Below, piece after piece: positions 62,800-64,000 of a DNA stretch of 64,000 bases (its first letter is position 1; every line of letters starts with the position of its first letter). Below the pieces are notes generated by a model. The model was not told where the DNA came from. It saw nothing but the letters and a program-made list of their open reading frames with translations, and ran no database searches. The stretch spans positions 1-64,000 of the forward strand of contig RDEW01000023.1 of assembly GCA_011109175.1 (NCBI GenBank), in the 5' to 3' direction. Position numbers and translations under genes: made by a program. This DNA comes from Dicyema japonicum. Its lineage: Eukaryota; Animalia; Dicyemida.

Positions 62800-64000
62800 T
62801 ATAATTATCTAATAAATATTTGTTTCCATCAATGTCCTCAGTCTTTATTAGATTGTTTTGACAAGCCCAGTTGCTCTCTCCTTTACGTTTTGTCTGAGGA
62901 TTATTCTCTTTCTTTATTTTGTTTAGTAAATTGTCGACACTTCGAGATATATATTTCACGGGGCACTCCTGTTTACATTCATTCTACCTGTATGCGGGGA
63001 TCTTCTTGTTGTTTTGATGGTCTTAATGGTCTCACTTTTATAGGCTTCTGAGACCTCCCTTTTTTGATTGATATTGTTGTTGCTTGCATTCACAGGTAAT
63101 AGTACCTGGGAGTGGTCTACATTCCTCGGAATGAGTTATCCATCCCTGTTTCTTACATCGAGTACTGCAAAAGTAAATTTCCCTGCAACGAGAACAAGGG
63201 TAGAGGGGTACCATCATTCTGGCACATTCATAGCAAGAGTAAGTAGGGAAGCTAACATTTTACTTTGGGGTACCTTTTGGGTGGTGGACTGTCTGTTTGA
63301 ATGAACTTAATCTTCGATGTGGCTCTACCTGGGGAGGACAGAATTTGCATTAGGGATTTAGCACATTCAGTCTGGTCAGGAATATAAATACATTTGGCTT
63401 TACTACTTCTCACTATAAACTTAGTTACTCCCCTACCAATCTCCCCCTTGGAAAACTCTCGGTCGAGTTTGTTAGCCTCGATTTCCCTCACCCTCTTACG
63501 TACCTGTCCAGCCAGAAATGCCATCAATTCATTGAATTCAGTTACTTTTGCCTTATCCTCTGAATTTAGAGTATAAAAGGGGGACGTATATATTCGTTTA
63601 GACTAATAATCATATTCTGCTTACACTTTCGTAGTGATTATGCACGTAGTCGAGGCAAGTCACTGGTGTCTTCTTTGAGGTTACGTTCAGGGGGGAGAGA
63701 ATGTCCACGCTTGTTTTAAGACAAAAGTTTGCCTACAAATAACATAAATGCACTACAAATGATATTTTATCATTTAATGTGGTATTATCGTTGGTTAGAA
63801 AAACACATAGGGGGTTCATATTCGGTGTCCCCAAATTAAGAGTTATGTTTGCTCCGTGTTCTATGAGGATATTTGCAGAGTTTGATGATTTCATGGAAAA
63901 ACATAACGATAACGGGGAGTTGCCATTCCATATTTCGTCAAGATTGGCTCCATATTTTAATAACAACTTTATATTTCTGTTTCTCAGCTAATTATCACCA
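62800..64000 (-). CDS. ANKMY1: Ankyrin repeat and MYND zinc finger protein (ANKMY1-like); 5' part outside window, 3' end approximate
   Basis: Ankyrin repeats LLKYGAN...SPLSL...ILIEHGAN, then MYND CYECARMMVPLYPCSRCREIYFCSTRCKKQGWITHSEEC at ~63110-63225. Confidence 0.7.

Noticed and set aside
14128-63991. Many ORF-track entries antisense to TE or host ORFs (e.g. 14141-14569, 22267-22668, 41218-41490, 59954-60427)
   Set aside because: Shadow ORFs on the opposite strand of recognisable coding sequence.
204-64000. Non-standard genetic code or stop-codon readthrough
   Set aside because: In-frame stops in conserved genes are all removed by short GT-AG introns or 1-nt indels; intact exons use the standard code.
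1-64000. CRISPR arrays, rRNA genes, prokaryotic operons or spliced-leader RNA target sites
   Set aside because: No regularly spaced repeat-spacer array or rRNA-like sequence. CRE flanks share no common target that I can identify as an SL gene.

Overview
AT-rich eukaryotic (metazoan) genomic window. About a dozen compact host genes are broken by extremely short GT-AG introns, almost all 21-29 nt: a p24/TMED, a CENP-C-type cupin protein, CLHC1-like, RhoGAP, ADAM10-like, GOLT1, RAB3, VAMP, PSMA2, MED21 and ANKMY1-like, plus an intronless CDC25. Animal genes, probable cilia-associated genes and ~23-nt introns together point to a dicyemid mesozoan (inference). By my rough tally about 40 of the 64 kb are nested transposon copies. 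These include RTE-like, CRE-like, R4-like and Jockey/I-like non-LTR elements, a single-ORF APE-RT family ('family A', Ingi/Vingi-like by inference), hAT DNA transposons and a Ginger-like integrase. The main new observation is a retroelement RNA system. Family A 5' ends carry a nested pseudoknot with HDV-ribozyme topology. A related fold, supported by compensatory base changes, sits in four 230-320-nt non-coding SINE-like elements that also carry the family A 3' tail; one of these has a clean 9-bp TSD. Other notable items are a stand-alone CENP-C cupin gene, host-type mini-introns inside DNA transposases, a PHD-bearing CRE element with A-tracts at both ends nested in another LINE, and an inverted VAMP pseudogene. 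Several single-base frameshifts in otherwise intact host genes suggest assembly indel errors. All gene models and RNA folds were derived by hand; TE boundaries are approximate.
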